From Utricularia gibba (Eukaryota > Plantae > Magnoliophyta), in the NCBI GenBank assembly GCA_002189035.1, contig NEEC01000013.1:1612001-1676000 (forward strand): a DNA stretch of 64,000 bases, written 5' to 3'. Of the stretch, positions 60,501-64,000 are shown one piece after another; position 1 is the first letter of the stretch, and every line of letters begins with the position of its first letter. The position numbers and the translations under genes are program-made. Under the pieces are notes generated by a model. That model made no database searches and was not told the DNA's origin. It saw only the letters and a list, made by a program, of their open reading frames with translations.

Positions 60501-62093
60501 CAACCAATAGGAAAAGTATGACTGAATGCACATGTTTAAATATACTATTTGGTTACATAGACTAATTCTATATGTCTGAACGTAAGTTATACCTCTGCAT
60601 CTGCTTCTGTGGAATCATTGAAATCATGTGTGAATTCTGTTTGAGGGGTCCGTAAATTTATGGTGGGAATATTGACCAATGGAATTTCTTTTCCTCGCCA
60701 TTTGCAGGATATGACGTCTTTCTTGGGAATTTTCGTGGGTTGGTTTCAAGGGAGCATACTGACAAAAATCTTACATCACGACAGTAAGTCTAAGTGCATT
60801 ATACCTATTAATCTGTTTGAAGATACTGGGAAAGTGACATACCTATTTCTTATCATTAGGGGAAATAATTGTGGGATCATTCTAGCGATGTCCGTATTGT
60901 CATCTATAAAAAAAAAAGATACAAATAATGGAGTTATTCGATTGTAGCCAGAAGTGAATGAGACAAGCTTAGTGATTGTCCATTGTACCTGTATCTATTC
61001 AAACAGTAATTTAATGTCAGGTTTCTGAGATGTATGATCTCTGCCATCCGTTTAGTTTAGTATTAACATGCTTTTGCTTCTCTTGTATTCTATGCATTTG
61101 TCTTAATTCCTTTAATCCGCTCATGTGCAGATACTGGTCGTATTCAATAAACGAGCATGGCACTCAAGATATACCAGCAATGGTTGAGAAGATTCATGAG
61201 ATTAAATCACTAGAACTGAAGTCTAAGCAGTTGGATTCTGATGAAGAGGGTAGCAGTGCTTCTCAGCCTTACAAAATTTGTGCTATTTGTCACAGTTTGG
61301 GGGGAGCTGCCGTGTTAATGTATGTTGTAACACGTCGGCTTGAAGTAACGCCCCACAGACTCTCCCGGCTGATCCTACTCTCACCGGCAGGTTTTCACAG
61401 TGACTCCACCTTCGTTTTCACTGCAGTGGAGTATCTTTTTCTCCTTCTGGCGCCTATCCTAGCACCAATCTTCCCTGCTTTCTACATCCCCACGAGGTTT
61501 TTCCGAATGCTTCTGAATAAGCTGGCTCGTGATTTCCATAACTTGCCGGCTGTTGGGGGCCTGGTCCAGACTCTGATGAGCTACTCCGTCGGCGGGACAG
61601 TTCCAACTGGGTAGGAGTCCTGGGTTTGCCACACTACAATATGAATGACATGCCGGGTGTCTCATTCCGGGTTGCGCTTCATCTGGCTCAGATGAAGCAT
61701 GCCAACAAGTTCAGAATGTTCGACTGTGGCAGCCCAGCTGCAAATGTGAGAACCTACGGCACAGCCGAGCCGTTAGACTTGGGACAGAACTATGGAGTGA
61801 TCGACATCCCGGTGGACCTGGTTGCAGGAAAGAAGGACAAGGTGATCAGGCCCTCCATGGTGAGGAAGCACTACAGACTGATGAAAGATGGAGGAGTGGA
61901 TGTGACTTACAGCGAGTTCGAGTATGCTCACCTGGACTTCACCTTCTCCCACCGCGAAGAACTCTTATCCTATGTCATATCCCGGCTCCTCCTCGTGGGT
62001 CCGTCGCAGAAGCAGTCTCTGAAACTGAGTCCCCTAAAGCTCAGAAGGAAGGACGCCCCTGAGAAGCCCAAGGTCAGTGGTGATGCTTTGTAA
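57551..62093 (+). CDS. Alpha/beta-hydrolase, gastric/lysosomal acid lipase-like; 9 exons from 57551-57591 to 61111-62093; apparent 1-nt frameshift at 61594-61596
   Basis: MQRVVDNVLAVAKE|SVKTFTYESLNN, GIHGWELRPTFRGP, DARTCEDVITELG|YPYEAIRVVTADGY, YLQHGILDSSMG|WVSNG, nucleophile elbow CHSLGG, GKKDKVI (Asp) and YAHLDFTF (His). Confidence 0.92.
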
Positions 62094-63024
62094 TAAAACA
62101 GGGACACCTAGTCACTGGGCTGCCCACTCCCACCAAGCCCTCGTTGGTGCTGTGGTTCTTACAAATATTTACAAAATTCATGTCATTACACACACACACA
62201 GGACTGTCAGATCAGGGCACGTTAGGTTACCCGAGCGACAGAAAACTAGGAGGGTGGTTATTGGTTGGTTTACCGATGTAATATTCAAAGCCCACAGGTC
62301 TCTCGTTCCTTTTCCCAACATGACGTGAAAAGGCGTCAGTGGGGAAATGACGCGGCCGAAAGTGATTTCTAGAACTCCGGCGGCCCCTACCGGTGGACCG
62401 GATCAGATCGCACCACCATCTTCGTCTCCGGTCATTTCTCACACTGTGTTTCACGTTGAAAACGCCAGACAAAGTACCCCTTTGCAAAAGACCCTTTAAG
62501 GAAAAGAAGAGCACAAGGTGGAAGGATGACCTTACAGGCCGAAAGCCACAAATGGTGCGGATCGCTTTTGACCGCCTTCCATTTTTCACTCCACCACAGC
62601 TTTATATTCTTAGTGGTTTCCGTGCTATTTTTCGAGTCAAATCATATTTTTACAATGTTTTGAATTATACTTATCATAAAATATTATGAAAAATGAAATT
62701 AATTGTAATTCTCAACAGCTTTTTCAAATCTACTGTAAATTATAGTTGATCTCTAACAATCAAGATCTTGAAATTATAGATCGCTTCATTAGTAACTCGT
62801 AGAATCTTGTGAAATTTTTTATGAAAGTTGTTGAAATGAATCCGAAAATTCAAAAATTTGGGATTGAATTCATCGTTTTAAAACATGGATCATCTATTCA
62901 AACTAATGTTGGTACATAATGTCTAGATTTAGTATTGGTTATAAACCCGAGGTGTAAAATGGTTTGGAAGACTTGCAGCATTGGTTGAGGTATACGATTC
63001 CCTTCCTAGGTCTTCAACAAAAAG

Positions 63025-63270
63025 ATGCAATTTTATATTTTAGATTGAGTTCATATCGCATTGACATACGTGGGAATGAGATCCTTATAATACTTCTTGT
63101 ATCAGAATATTATTCACAAAGTAATGATTTATGTTTTATTGTTCACAATGCAATGATCTATGCAATTCTATATTCTGGATTGAGTTCATATTACGTTGAC
63201 ATATGTTGAGATGAGATTCTCGTACATCTAATTGTATCCAAATATTGTTCACAATGTAGTGATCTATATT
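63025..63270 (+). repeat. Tandem duplication, period about 135 bp
   Basis: GATTGAGTTCATAT..TTGACATA..ATGAGAT..TTGTATC..AATATT.TTCACAA begins at 63043 and again at 63178. Confidence 0.75.
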
Positions 63271-64000
63271 CATTTTGCACGATATTATTTATTTTAAATA
63301 TTAAATTTCAATAGTTTTATATTTTCCTTATCATTGGTTTGTCTTTATAGAATGTCATGTTTTCTAAAAATTTCTACAAATAAAGCATGATTAACTTTAC
63401 ACTTACTATTAAGAATCTTCTACTATATTCGAAAAAAAAAAGAATTTTACGCCATCATTCTATTCAATCTCACACTTATTCCCGTCTTTCCCTTTATGTA
63501 ATTTGGGTAGGATGATTTTCTCCTTAGTGGGGCATCACATGCAAATGTAACCCGTTAGTGCAACTGCGTGACCAATTCTGACGCAATAAATACTTCTAAA
63601 AAGAATATGATTAAAATTCACAATTTGTTCGTTCAACTGTTGACTACAACCGCGTCACGTCCAGAAAAGAAAAAATCGAACGCATTAAATTTGGTGAATA
63701 GAATACGTAAATTATTGAATGCCGCACACTTTATTTCTCTTGGTTTCACATGCACCCCGGGCCCACCCCCTTTTTAAATGGTCATTTTTGTTATTAATTC
63801 CAGAATTCCAGCGTACGAAATTAAATTATTATTTCGAGCCAATAATATTGTAATAATTGCTATTGTAGTAATAACTGTCTCAGACACCCCCCTCACCATT
63901 CCTCGGATCCCTTCCGGGGAAAAAAAACGGAATTTCTAGACATTTGTATTGTAAGACTTAACGCTGTTTTTCAAATTTGACTATTTGTCCGTACGAGAAT

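Overview
Gene-dense plant (eudicot) nuclear DNA: 18 protein-coding loci plus one pseudogene in 64 kb, mostly short introns, separated by very AT-rich spacers containing MITE-like and tandem repeats. In order: PAP28-like phosphatase (-), 2-oxoglutarate dehydrogenase E2 (+), N-terminally truncated plant cysteine oxidase (-), DUF639 (-), MCTP16-like (+), serine acetyltransferase (+), CCCH zinc finger C3H65-like (+), class A HSF (+), IQM pseudogene (+), DUF3511 (-), PMIR (+), NF-YA (-), BIG GRAIN1-like (+), ELF4-like (-), GRF (-), germin-like ABP19 (+), RIPK-like kinase (+), RBX1 (+), AB-hydrolase lipase (+). No tRNA, rRNA, CRISPR or intact transposon was recognised. Main observations: (1) PMIR and NF-YA converge so tightly that their transcripts probably overlap across a miR169 site inside the NF-YA CDS, a candidate cis-NAT/miR169 circuit. 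(2) Eight frameshifts in six genes are each repaired by adding one base to a G/C run, most likely a systematic assembly artefact. (3) A 154-aa mini-PCO keeps its iron ligands and has an HRPE-like motif upstream. (4) BG1-like and germin-like genes carry apparent new introns, one of them GC-AG. All gene models were spliced by hand and family names come from recalled motifs, not database searches.
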